IMG/VR virus record: IMGVR_UViG_3300033141_003854
Span: 52-64,051 of that record
Direction: 5' to 3' (one strand)
Length of the DNA stretch: 64,000 bases
DNA from: a virus
Taxonomy: Duplodnaviria > Caudoviricetes
Part shown: piece after piece, positions 8,944 to 17,068 of the stretch
Layout of the letters: every line of letters begins with the position of its first letter
Numbering within the stretch: position 1 is the stretch's first letter
Program-made: the position numbers and the translations under genes
Notes under the pieces: generated by a model
Told to the model about the DNA's origin: nothing
The model's input: only the letters and a program-made list of their open reading frames with translations
Database searches by the model: none

Positions 8944-9186
8944 ATGATGATTAGGAAAAAGCTAACACACTGGAATTATCGAATTGTAAAGCGTGCTTAT
9001 GATGGGTATGACACTTATGGTATTCACGAGGTTTACTATGAAGGAAATAATATCGTGCTGGTAAGCCCAGAGCCACTGCCTTTATTTGACATTACTCTGG
9101 AAGGGCTTAAGAAAGAAATGGAACTTTATCAAAAAGCATTTGAAAAGCCGATCCTAAATTATAGTGATGTAGTAGGCAAATTATAA
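8944..9186 (+). CDS. Conserved phage hypothetical protein
   Basis: WNYRIV...YGIHEVYY pattern. Confidence 0.7.
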   Translation: MMIRKKLTHWNYRIVKRAYDGYDTYGIHEVYYEGNNIVLVSPEPLPLFDITLEGLKKEMELYQKAFEKPILNYSDVVGKL

Positions 9187-9321
9187 TGAAAACAAAAAGA
9201 TCATTTGTGAAAGAATATTTTTATATAATTTTCTTTTCGATATTAATTAGCAGCCCCATTAGTATTATTATTTCCATGATAATAATGCATTTATTTTATT
9301 TGATGTATTACAAATAATTAA

Positions 9322-10536
9322 ATGGGCAATATGATAATTAGTGATTGGCATGGCCTTTACCGCGAAGGCTGGAGAGGTGAGATTGTCCCCGAAGCGTTCT
9401 CTCATCCAGCGAAATTTGCTCGCGGCCTGATACGTCACATTTATGAGCACGTTATTGGCGAAGATTGGCTAAAACCAGGGGATACTGTGGTTGATCCGTT
9501 TGGGGGAGTTGCGCTCGGCAGCTTAGATGCCATGCGGCATGGGCTAAACTGGCTTGGCTGCGAACTGGAGGAACGGTTCGTTGACCTGGGCAACCAGAAT
9601 ATTGAGCTATGGCTGAAACGCTATGCTCCCCATTTCCCCAATTGGGGCACGGCGCGGCTGATCCGGGGTGATAGTCGGGAATTGGCAAATATGTTGGGTG
9701 AGGCGTCTGCGTGTATATCCAGTCCACCTTACGCAGAAGCGCGCATCGGCCAGGAAAGCGGACAAGAGCAGTGCGGCCATAATGACGCCTATGGTGCTAC
9801 ACCCGGCCAGCTTGGATCAATGAAAGCTGGTAAGTTTGATGCGGCGATAAGTAGCCCGCCGTTTGAGGCAACTGTCTTACACAATGGTGGTAAAGCCGAT
9901 TATCTTGAAGCCAAGCGATTATTTAGTGAATACGGAACCAGCAAAAATAATATTGGCAACTCAACCGGCGATGACTTCTGGATCGCAGCCCGCACTATCG
10001 TTGAACAGGTATATCAGGTGCTGAGACCAGGCGGACATGCTATCTGGGTTGTCAAGGCGTTCGTGAAGAACAAAAAACGGGTTGACTTCCCTGGCCAGTG
10101 GCAGCAATTATGTGAGGCGGTCGGCTTTGAGACACTTCACTATCATCGAGCATGGTTGGTAGAGCATAAAGGCATACAATTTGATTTAAGTGGCAAGAGA
10201 ATGGAGCGCGTTATAGAACGAAAAAGTTTCTTCCGGCGGTTGGCTGAGAAGAAGGCGCAGGCTGCGGCGTTTTGGATTAGAGTATCACGCCAGGATAAAG
10301 CCCGCCACCTGTGGAAAGCGCATAATGATTTATGGCGATACTACCATGAACAGATAGCCGAGAAGCATGAAGATGAAGACCCACCCATGGAAGTAACTAA
10401 ATATCGCATTACAGGCGCGGCGCAAATGTCAGCCTGGAATGAAGCGGGGAATCCAACAATGGAAATCGATACCCGCATTGACTTTGAGGTCGTGCTATGT
10501 ATGCGGAAGCCTGATGTCTCGCCGCGTAGAGACTGA
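9322..10536 (+). CDS. N4-cytosine/N6-adenine DNA methyltransferase
   Basis: HPAKF, SAM motif DPFGG, and two catalytic-type motifs SPPY and SPPF. Confidence 0.88.
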   Translation: MGNMIISDWHGLYREGWRGEIVPEAFSHPAKFARGLIRHIYEHVIGEDWLKPGDTVVDPFGGVALGSLDAMRHGLNWLGCELEERFVDLGNQNIELWLKRYAPHFPNWGTARLIRGDSRELANMLGEASACISSPPYAEARIGQESGQEQCGHNDAYGATPGQLGSMKAGKFDAAISSPPFEATVLHNGGKADYLEAKRLFSEYGTSKNNIGNSTGDDFWIAARTIVEQVYQVLRPGGHAIWVVKAFVKNKKRVDFPGQWQQLCEAVGFETLHYHRAWLVEHKGIQFDLSGKRMERVIERKSFFRRLAEKKAQAAAFWIRVSRQDKARHLWKAHNDLWRYYHEQIAEKHEDEDPPMEVTKYRITGAAQMSAWNEAGNPTMEIDTRIDFEVVLCMRKPDVSPRRD

Positions 10537-10555
10537 TAAAGAGATGGAGTTTTAG

Positions 10556-10717
10556 ATGAAAACATTTATGTTAATTTTATTGGAAATTGTTATTGCGCTT
10601 ATGGTAGGAATGGCTACTGCCTATACTTCCAACAGGGATTATGAAAAGGCAACCTTTTATATATCATGGGCGACTTTTTTATTGATGTTTTTAATGCTCC
10701 TAGTTATAACACAATAG
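10556..10717 (+). CDS. Two-TM microprotein, paralog B (53 aa, not in ORF track)
   Basis: MKTFMLILL...RDYEKATFYISWATFLLMFLMLL. Confidence 0.7.
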   Translation: MKTFMLILLEIVIALMVGMATAYTSNRDYEKATFYISWATFLLMFLMLLVITQ

Positions 10718-10753
10718 GGTACATAATAGTCAGTTAAAGTGACTATATTAGCA

Positions 10754-11731
10754 CTAGTCTACTTGTTTTAGGTAGTACCCATGTGCCCAAACGGGAATGT
10801 CGTTAATTAGCACCTGCCGCCAGTTACCAGAAATTTTGCCAGTTGCTTCTAGCACAAAGCCGGTACTGGCTCTCAGGGAAGCATGTACAATACTACCGTT
10901 AGGTGCATTTCTAAAATTCAGAGCATAGCAGTTAGTAATTACATATTTATTTGTTTTAGGTGGCTCGGTAATTGTAATTGGTTTACCGGCAATGGTTTCC
11001 AGATATTCATATTTCTCATTCCGCATAATCCAGTCAAACGAATAGAAACCATAAGCGGGAAAACCGCTGGTTTTACATGCCAGCATAAACTCTTTTACAT
11101 CGTCCTGGGTTGGCAGCCAATCGCCCCAATTATAGATTGAGCCAATAGGCAAAAATGGTTTATCAGTAATGTCTTGGTACTGGGCATAAGAAACTTTTAG
11201 CTGTAATGCGGGGCTGTGTGTACCAACCCAATAAACCTGCGGCTGATTAAAGGTAACCGCAGGCCGATTAAGAAACTGGGTATAAGGAAATTCAGGATGA
11301 AGCTTTGGATAGCGATATGTCGTCAGCCCAACGGGAAAATTCTTTTTAGCACCCAGATTATCTAAATACATTTCAACCTTCCGTTTTGCGCCAGTTACAT
11401 TTTTCCATTCCTTCTCAGCATTAATTACCAAATGCTCCAAGCCAAGTTTTTCAATGCGTTCAGCAGCCCTAGCCCCCTGAGGCCCAGGATTTTCGGGATA
11501 GACATAATGCCACCCACCAACTTCAATATCCTGATCCTTAATTGCATTAACATATTCCCTCAAAATCTTATCATTGCCCCCAATCTGATTATACGCCCCA
11601 TCTCTATCAGCAACCTTAATTGATACCCACTTCGCGCCCACGTCCTTCAAAATCCGCGCAGTAACAGGCGGCGCAGGTAATTGTCCCCCCTTCCATTTCA
11701 GCATATAAATATAAAACCCAAGACCCTTCAT
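10754..11731 (-). CDS. Putative endolysin (glycoside hydrolase TIM-barrel-like domain plus C-terminal SH3b-like domain)
   Basis: WVSIKVAD, GWHYVY, INAE, PQVYW; C-terminal LNFRNAP...GNWRQV...WAHGYYL; GAGGAG RBS. Confidence 0.75.
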   Translation of the reverse strand: MKGLGFYIYMLKWKGGQLPAPPVTARILKDVGAKWVSIKVADRDGAYNQIGGNDKILREYVNAIKDQDIEVGGWHYVYPENPGPQGARAAERIEKLGLEHLVINAEKEWKNVTGAKRKVEMYLDNLGAKKNFPVGLTTYRYPKLHPEFPYTQFLNRPAVTFNQPQVYWVGTHSPALQLKVSYAQYQDITDKPFLPIGSIYNWGDWLPTQDDVKEFMLACKTSGFPAYGFYSFDWIMRNEKYEYLETIAGKPITITEPPKTNKYVITNCYALNFRNAPNGSIVHASLRASTGFVLEATGKISGNWRQVLINDIPVWAHGYYLKQVD

Positions 11732-11846
11732 GGTTGCTCCTCGTAGAGTTATTCCTCGCAGAAAGATAAGAAATTTCTCATCTCATTCTCATCTTCTATT
11801 AATCTTCCCTTCCCGGACGCCATAAAGCAGAATTCCCAATAAGACA

Positions 11847-11855
11847 ATTATACCA
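11847..11855 (-). promoter_or_regulatory. Extended -10 promoter upstream of endolysin
   Basis: Minus strand TG-G-TATAAT. Confidence 0.5.
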
Positions 11856-12272
11856 ATAAAATAGCGCCCAGAGTGCAATAAACTTTTAAAATTTCCGCAA
11901 AATCACTTTTTCAATCCGCAGCTCATAACCAATCTTCGCAATTGAAGTAATTGTATCATATTTCAAAAAATAAAATGCTGATACCGCATATTATAGGAAA
12001 TCGAGAATCTTGAAATAACTATCTGCCATAGAAAATTTATACAAGATAATGCTAAGAAAAATTAGTGTCGGTTATCTATGCCAGAAAAAATCGAAATTTT
12101 TAAAAATTATAAATGTAGCCATTGGCGCGGTAATAAACGAGTCCCACTGCGTTCCCTAAATTCGACTAGTCTTATCGGAATGGTAGACGTTCGCAGGCTG
12201 GCGCGCCCTTGGAGTTGGTCCACTTGGTGCATGATAACTTGAACTGGTTGACTGGCGGGGCAATTGGAATTT

Positions 12273-12326
12273 CTAATCTGGCTTTAATCTTGGATTAATG
12301 TAACAGCCTGGCTGGTCGTGTATACT
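12273..12326 (+). promoter_or_regulatory. Direct-repeat class promoter of the microgene operon
   Basis: CTAA-N7-TTAA-N7-TTAA-N22-TATACT. Confidence 0.75.
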
Positions 12327-12334
12327 GGGGGTGT

Positions 12335-12475
12335 GGGGGTGGGCAACTTAGTGTAAATGGGCATTCAAGGGCTCTCCTCGCGTGGGTGGTACCCGCCACC
12401 CGCACAAGCGAACACGCGAGTCAGGCGGTCTAATCCCCGCCCGTGATCTGGGCACCGTGCCACCACTAGGCTGAT
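12335..12475 (+). ncRNA. Candidate structured leader RNA
   Basis: CTCGCGTG/CACGCGAG closing GGTGG/CCACC and CGC/GCG hairpins, then GGCGG/CCGCC hairpin. Confidence 0.4.
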
Positions 12476-12519
12476 ATATTGTCAACAACCAAGTCTATCT
12501 GTTTAAAGGAGAGTGGACT

Positions 12520-12696
12520 ATGAAGGCGCAACTATACCAAGACACGTTGGGGCGATGGTATTGGATGTATGTGGAGGATACCGTGATATATGAGAGTGGG
12601 CGGTATCTCACCAGGGAGCAGGCGATTGACGCACTGGTCTGGGAAAAGACGGCGTGGTTTACGCCGTCTGAGGAATTAAGTAAGATAGGAGAGTGA
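12520..12696 (+). CDS. 58-aa microprotein, weakly YegP/DUF1508-like
   Basis: MKAQLYQDTLGRWYW...SGRYLTREQAIDAL; AAGGAG RBS. Confidence 0.7.
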   Translation: MKAQLYQDTLGRWYWMYVEDTVIYESGRYLTREQAIDALVWEKTAWFTPSEELSKIGE

Positions 12697-12699
12697 ATC

Positions 12700-12840
12700 A
12701 TGAAAGTGGTAGTTATCTATGATGAGGATGGTCTGATCATTGCTGAGGTATCTATCACTGGCGATCAGGTGACTGTTGAGACAGATGATCGGTATGGTCA
12801 TACCGTAATTGACTATCAAGACAAGGAGAATGAATCATGA
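12700..12840 (+). CDS. 46-aa acidic microprotein
   Basis: MKVVVIYDEDGLIIAEV...; AGGAG RBS. Confidence 0.7.
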   Translation: MKVVVIYDEDGLIIAEVSITGDQVTVETDDRYGHTVIDYQDKENES

Positions 12841-12962
12841 AACAGATTAGAATCGTAGACCAGGACACTGGCGAGGTTGTGGTAGAACTGATTGTACCAG
12901 TTGCGGGTACTGAAGTTCATTACGTTCATCCCTATTTCGTCATTCAGATTCATGATTATTAA
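12837..12962 (+). CDS. 41-aa microprotein
   Basis: MKQIRIVDQDTGEVVVEL...; ATGA overlap; AAGGAG RBS. Confidence 0.7.
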   Translation: MKQIRIVDQDTGEVVVELIVPVAGTEVHYVHPYFVIQIHDY

Positions 12963-12976
12963 GAGGAGCGCGAATC

Positions 12977-13123
12977 ATGAGATTCTTACTCATGCTTATA
13001 CTGGCGGGGTACGCACTGGTCGCAGAGCAGAACTTACCAGTTGCGTTGTTAATCGTTGTAATCGCCTTGAGCCTGGACTTTGTGGATGTCCTCCAGGCGT
13101 GGCGCGAGAATAACCGCTATTAG
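12977..13123 (+). CDS. 48-aa two-TM microprotein
   Basis: MRFLLMLILAGYALV...ALLIVVIALSL; GAGGAG RBS. Confidence 0.65.
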   Translation: MRFLLMLILAGYALVAEQNLPVALLIVVIALSLDFVDVLQAWRENNRY

Positions 13124-13139
13124 ACAAGGAGAATGAATC

Positions 13140-13352
13140 ATGAAGGCAATACTGCGCAATCTGTTGGTTGAGGCGGGCATTACGCCCGTCTCGATTGAAA
13201 CAGAGTACTGCGACATGGCGTCCTGTGAGGGACATCATGTCGTCACAGTCAAGCCGAAGGACCTTGAAACGGCCTGGGAGGTCGCATGGGCGTATGCGGA
13301 ACAGACCCGCAATTTCGGGTCTGCTGATATTCGGGAGGTCGAACAATCATGA
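13140..13352 (+). CDS. 70-aa hypothetical protein
   Basis: AAGGAG RBS within the repeated leader. Confidence 0.75.
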   Translation: MKAILRNLLVEAGITPVSIETEYCDMASCEGHHVVTVKPKDLETAWEVAWAYAEQTRNFGSADIREVEQS

Positions 13353-13522
13353 CCGATATTACAACTACCGATATAGTGTATTACTGCCAGGCCGGCGGCC
13401 ATTATTGGACATGGTACTATTCCTCCGAGCACGGCGGGATATGGTATCCTGCCCATCTTGATGATACCGATGTGACTGAGGATGATGTCGTCATCCACAA
13501 GTATTGTGGATGTAATGACTAG
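13349..13522 (+). CDS. 57-aa acidic Cys/His microprotein
   Basis: MTDITTTDIVYYCQAGGHYW...KYCGCND; GGAGG RBS; ATGA overlap. Confidence 0.65.
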   Translation: MTDITTTDIVYYCQAGGHYWTWYYSSEHGGIWYPAHLDDTDVTEDDVVIHKYCGCND

Positions 13523-13544
13523 CTAACCGACAATTACATATCAG

Positions 13545-13591
13545 GCGCATGAGCCGCACGATCACAAGTGTAGCTTATGCGCTCTTTATTT
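13545..13591 (+). terminator. Intrinsic terminator closing the microgene operon
   Basis: GCGCATGAGC/GCTTATGCGC stem followed by TCTTTATTT. Confidence 0.65.
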
Positions 13592-13971
13592 AAGCCCTAA
13601 TCGGACAAAGTGGATGATACTTGACACATACACTATTCTTATACTGCGCAAACATAAACCACACGCCAGTATGAGACAATATAACCATGACTGTTACACC
13701 TCAGACCTGCTCAGTGTTTCAGTGTCCACTTGTTAGATCGAGAGGACAGTATTCCAGGTGGTCAGGTTATGGTCAGGCCAATATCAGACCATTGTCGATC
13801 CGCATTCATTCCGACAATTCAGAGAAGGTTAGTATTATTACTAAAAGGGTCGGAATTGGGCGGATTACCTCCGGCCGGGGGTTTCGTCGGTCGGTCACCA
13901 CAACAGGCATATTAAATGTCTGGCGTGCAATGTGCAATAAGATTTTTAAATTTTGTGCGATGGGGAATTTT

Positions 13972-14036
13972 CTAATAAATTTCTTACACTAGATTCATCT
14001 TCCCTTAATGATCCTTTCATCTTGGTATGTAATAAT
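13972..14036 (+). promoter_or_regulatory. Direct-repeat class promoter with five phased boxes
   Basis: CTAA, CTTA, TTCA, TTAA, TTCA at 11-bp period; TG-T-AATAAT 22 nt after the TTAA box. Confidence 0.6.
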
Positions 14037-14056
14037 AGTAGTAACAGAATACCAAT

Positions 14057-14081
14057 CTTATTGCAAATGATTTGCAATAAG
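14057..14081. promoter_or_regulatory. Palindromic operator-like site (12-1-12)
   Basis: CTTATTGCAAAT-G-ATTTGCAATAAG just downstream of the promoter; core repeated at 53835-53856. Confidence 0.7.
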
Positions 14082-14104
14082 GTGAGGATTTTTACCGATG
14101 AAAA

Positions 14105-14827
14105 TTGGAGAGTGAAATTATGAAGACAGCCAAAATAAATTATAAAAAACTTTTTAGTGCCTATACCAAATATTCAGAATATGCCATTGATTGGCACTCC
14201 ATTGATGATAAGTTAGCTGCTGAGATATTGGCTGAATATGCACGGGCGTCTGGTAAAAGAACTAAAAACATTGCTAAAGCAGCGAAGTTTTTAGGTGATA
14301 ATCGGGTTGAAGAAATAAAGAAGCCATACCAAGAGTTAATTAGTCACAAAATTGAACAACGACGCGCTATCAAAGAGAATATGAAAAGAATGTTATTAGA
14401 GTATGCCGAAAATTATGAGATTAAGCGCGCCGGTAAAATGATTTTATTGCGAAAATCGAGGGGAGGCGATCATCATACTCAAGGGTTTGGCGCGAATAAA
14501 TATGCAAAATCGGAATTGCAGGCTGATAAGTTATTATTGGAATTATCTGGCTTTAATGTTGAGATTAAGGAAATTGTAGGTGATTATGTGAATCGGATGC
14601 GCTACAATACTTATGAATTATGGGCGGATATAACAGAATTTGATTTCTGGATGCTAAAGGCTAAAGGCAAATTTATTTCTATGCTCGATTGGGCAGTTTT
14701 GTGCTGGCGCCACGGCACTAATCCTAAAGTATATTTTCCGTTTATATCAGATATTGATTATACCGAATCATTAAAACTTTCAAGAGATTCAAACTATGTT
14801 ATCAAATTAAAGGAGAAGTACCCATGA
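14105..14827 (+). CDS. Hypothetical protein
   Basis: 240-aa ORF; GGAG precedes the internal ATG. Confidence 0.75.
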   Translation: MESEIMKTAKINYKKLFSAYTKYSEYAIDWHSIDDKLAAEILAEYARASGKRTKNIAKAAKFLGDNRVEEIKKPYQELISHKIEQRRAIKENMKRMLLEYAENYEIKRAGKMILLRKSRGGDHHTQGFGANKYAKSELQADKLLLELSGFNVEIKEIVGDYVNRMRYNTYELWADITEFDFWMLKAKGKFISMLDWAVLCWRHGTNPKVYFPFISDIDYTESLKLSRDSNYVIKLKEKYP

Positions 14828-15315
14828 AATATCCGCATTTTGTAAAATCAAAAAGTAGAATCAAGGATTATCCATTCACTAGCTTCTATATGCCCGATGC
14901 AGATATAGAACGTATCAGGCGCGAATTCCCTAATGGCTGCGCTAGCCGGTTTAGTCTGCATACAATAACCATTGAAGGCAAATCACTAATGGACTGGATG
15001 GCGGAGCTAACTCCACCTAAATCGCCTGCAAGACGCGAAATTTTAGATGCATTTGAACGACTAAGAAAAGAAAACCAAATGTTATTATGGGATTGGAGCG
15101 AGTTAGTTCATTATGGTTATTGGCCATTATGGGATGAAAATTTTACTTTGCTATGTGGTAAGGGGAAAATCAAGCCAAATGAGCATACCGTTATCAAATT
15201 GCTAAAACGCAATCCCAAATGGGTGCAATCTCTATTTAATGAGATTATTGAAAATTATGTTTTGCCTTTGAGGCAAGTCATTAAGAAAAGGAGAGATGAT
15301 AATGAACGCAAATGA
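14824..15315 (+). CDS. Hypothetical protein
   Basis: ATGA coupling; AAGGAG RBS. Confidence 0.75.
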   Translation: MKYPHFVKSKSRIKDYPFTSFYMPDADIERIRREFPNGCASRFSLHTITIEGKSLMDWMAELTPPKSPARREILDAFERLRKENQMLLWDWSELVHYGYWPLWDENFTLLCGKGKIKPNEHTVIKLLKRNPKWVQSLFNEIIENYVLPLRQVIKKRRDDNERK

Positions 15316-15646
15316 TATTTTTAAGCTGTTAGACAAGGAAGCTGAAGAATTGTATCAATATATTCAAAGTGATACAATTCCAGAATCAGACAATGAATTA
15401 TACCAATACTTTGAAGATGGGCAATTTGATCCTATTGCCTGGGTTAATAATAATTGCCTTGAAGCTGATAGCCATAATTTGCTATTAGCGACCGGCGGCC
15501 CAGCTTATGGCGTCTCATTAGTACATGGCTCACCTTGCTATTGGTTTCAAGATTGGTTTCAGCCTAAAACTTTGAGGCAAGCTAATGATGGTTATGCATT
15601 TTATTTATATATATTTGAAAATTTGAAAGAACTGGAGGAAGTATGA
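15302..15646 (+). CDS. Acidic hypothetical protein
   Basis: LLATGGPA motif; AGGAG RBS. Confidence 0.7.
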   Translation: MNANDIFKLLDKEAEELYQYIQSDTIPESDNELYQYFEDGQFDPIAWVNNNCLEADSHNLLLATGGPAYGVSLVHGSPCYWFQDWFQPKTLRQANDGYAFYLYIFENLKELEEV

Positions 15647-15676
15647 TTGTCATGGCCCTTTTCGGATTGTTAATTA

Positions 15677-15729
15677 TTTCCATAAGCCTGGCTTATGCTC
15701 ACTTCTGGCGTAAGTTAGACTTATGGAAA
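15677..15729 (+). other. Long intergenic hairpin
   Basis: TTTCCATAAG...CTTATGGAAA with extended inner pairing. Confidence 0.65.
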
Positions 15730-15773
15730 ATTGAAGATCAAATTTTAGATTATCTGAAGAAGGAGAGTTCAGA

Positions 15774-16286
15774 ATGAATACCGTAAAGCTGACTAGATTT
15801 CAATCGAAACTTGCCAAGTGGCTGCAATCCGCCGCCAGTGACGATCCCGCCCGCGGCATTTTGCGGGGTATTAATGTCCAGGATACTTATAGCGTTACCG
15901 CTGATGGGTATCGTATGCATGCTATTAATCAGCCCATCCTTGAGGATGAGCGGGGCACATTTGAGTTAGGCAAAGTTCGGGCAGGCGAAAACATTGTCGA
16001 GCCGCAAGAAGTAAAAGGTGAGTATCCAGACTTCAGTTTTATACTGCCTACTAAGACGCCAGTTTTTGAGATTGCGGTCGATCCTGCTTTGCTTATTGAC
16101 GCACTAAAAGGGATGCCAAAAGGTAAACCAGTTCATCTACGATTTTTTGGTGATCTTGAGCCAATGGAAATTATGGGCAAAGTTGAACCATCCCGTAACG
16201 ATACAGAAGATGATCCTGTATATGTATACGCCCTAATTATGCCTATGAAGTTAGAATATGCGCCCGATCCCTGGAAACCTGAATAG
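15774..16286 (+). CDS. Truncated DNA polymerase III beta-clamp-like protein
   Basis: DPARGILRGI, TADGYRM, GEYPDF and C-terminal ALIMPM match the DnaN middle and C-terminal domains; only 170 aa. Confidence 0.8.
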   Translation: MNTVKLTRFQSKLAKWLQSAASDDPARGILRGINVQDTYSVTADGYRMHAINQPILEDERGTFELGKVRAGENIVEPQEVKGEYPDFSFILPTKTPVFEIAVDPALLIDALKGMPKGKPVHLRFFGDLEPMEIMGKVEPSRNDTEDDPVYVYALIMPMKLEYAPDPWKPE

Positions 16287-16306
16287 CTAATAATACTCAC
16301 CCAATC

Positions 16307-16349
16307 CTAAGCCTGCATTAAGCAGGCTTTTATTTTTTAAGTTTATAAT
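16307..16349 (+). promoter_or_regulatory. Direct-repeat class promoter overlapping a terminator
   Basis: CTAA-N7-TTAA-N22-TATAAT. Confidence 0.7.
16309..16338 (+). terminator. Intrinsic terminator
   Basis: AAGCCTGC-ATTAA-GCAGGCTT followed by TTATTTTTT. Confidence 0.8.
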
Positions 16350-16384
16350 GGGGTTATGGCCGACAAATGATAGGAGAGTAAAAT

Positions 16385-17056
16385 ATGAAAAAAGCGATTT
16401 TTATAAAGGATGTAAGTGATAAATATTGTTGGCATAAATCTGATTTGTATTATTTATTTGAGCCGATTACATACAGATGTGAGAATACACATTATGTAGT
16501 AGTATGTACAGAAACGCCGACAAAAACCGCCGAGATGCCAGAAATATTTATATTTCCTGCCAATTCAAATGGGGATATTTTGGATTGGGAGAAACCAATT
16601 TTACGGCGAGGTATATATGATAGTGAAGTCGCCGTAGAAACTGCATTATTTGCTGCTGGTTACGTAATAGAGAAAAACATCAAAACGAACCCAAATGATC
16701 TTTTTGAAGTTAGATATGATGGATTAAAATTAACCGATAAAGGACAGGAAATTTTTTATGGAAATATTTCTAGGCAATATGCAATAATTCTTTCTATTAA
16801 AAAATGGGTGTTTATTAGAAAATATATAAAAGAAACATCAAATATTCCTCGTGATGGAGGGCTGGTTACATGCGCCTTATGTAAATTATATACAGTAAGT
16901 GATTGTATAGATTGCCCAGTATTTCAACATACTAAAAATACGAATTGTAAGGGTTCTCCCTATGATCAATATCTTCTAGCATTACGAGGTGCCAATGTTC
17001 AAGCCGCAATAAATGCGGCAACAGATGAAATTGTCTTTTTGGCAAGTCTTTTATAG
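16385..17056 (+). CDS. Hypothetical protein with Cys-rich C-terminal domain
   Basis: CALC...CIDCPV...C..SPY; AGGAG RBS. Confidence 0.75.
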   Translation: MKKAIFIKDVSDKYCWHKSDLYYLFEPITYRCENTHYVVVCTETPTKTAEMPEIFIFPANSNGDILDWEKPILRRGIYDSEVAVETALFAAGYVIEKNIKTNPNDLFEVRYDGLKLTDKGQEIFYGNISRQYAIILSIKKWVFIRKYIKETSNIPRDGGLVTCALCKLYTVSDCIDCPVFQHTKNTNCKGSPYDQYLLALRGANVQAAINAATDEIVFLASLL

Positions 17057-17068
17057 GGAGAATGGAAA

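Noticed and set aside
12683-13352. CRISPR or mini-CRISPR array
   Set aside because: The repeats are RBS plus start codons and the 120-210 nt intervals are complete ORFs of unequal length; no cas genes
13621-13645. TTGACA...TATACT promoter
   Set aside because: The spacer is only 13 nt
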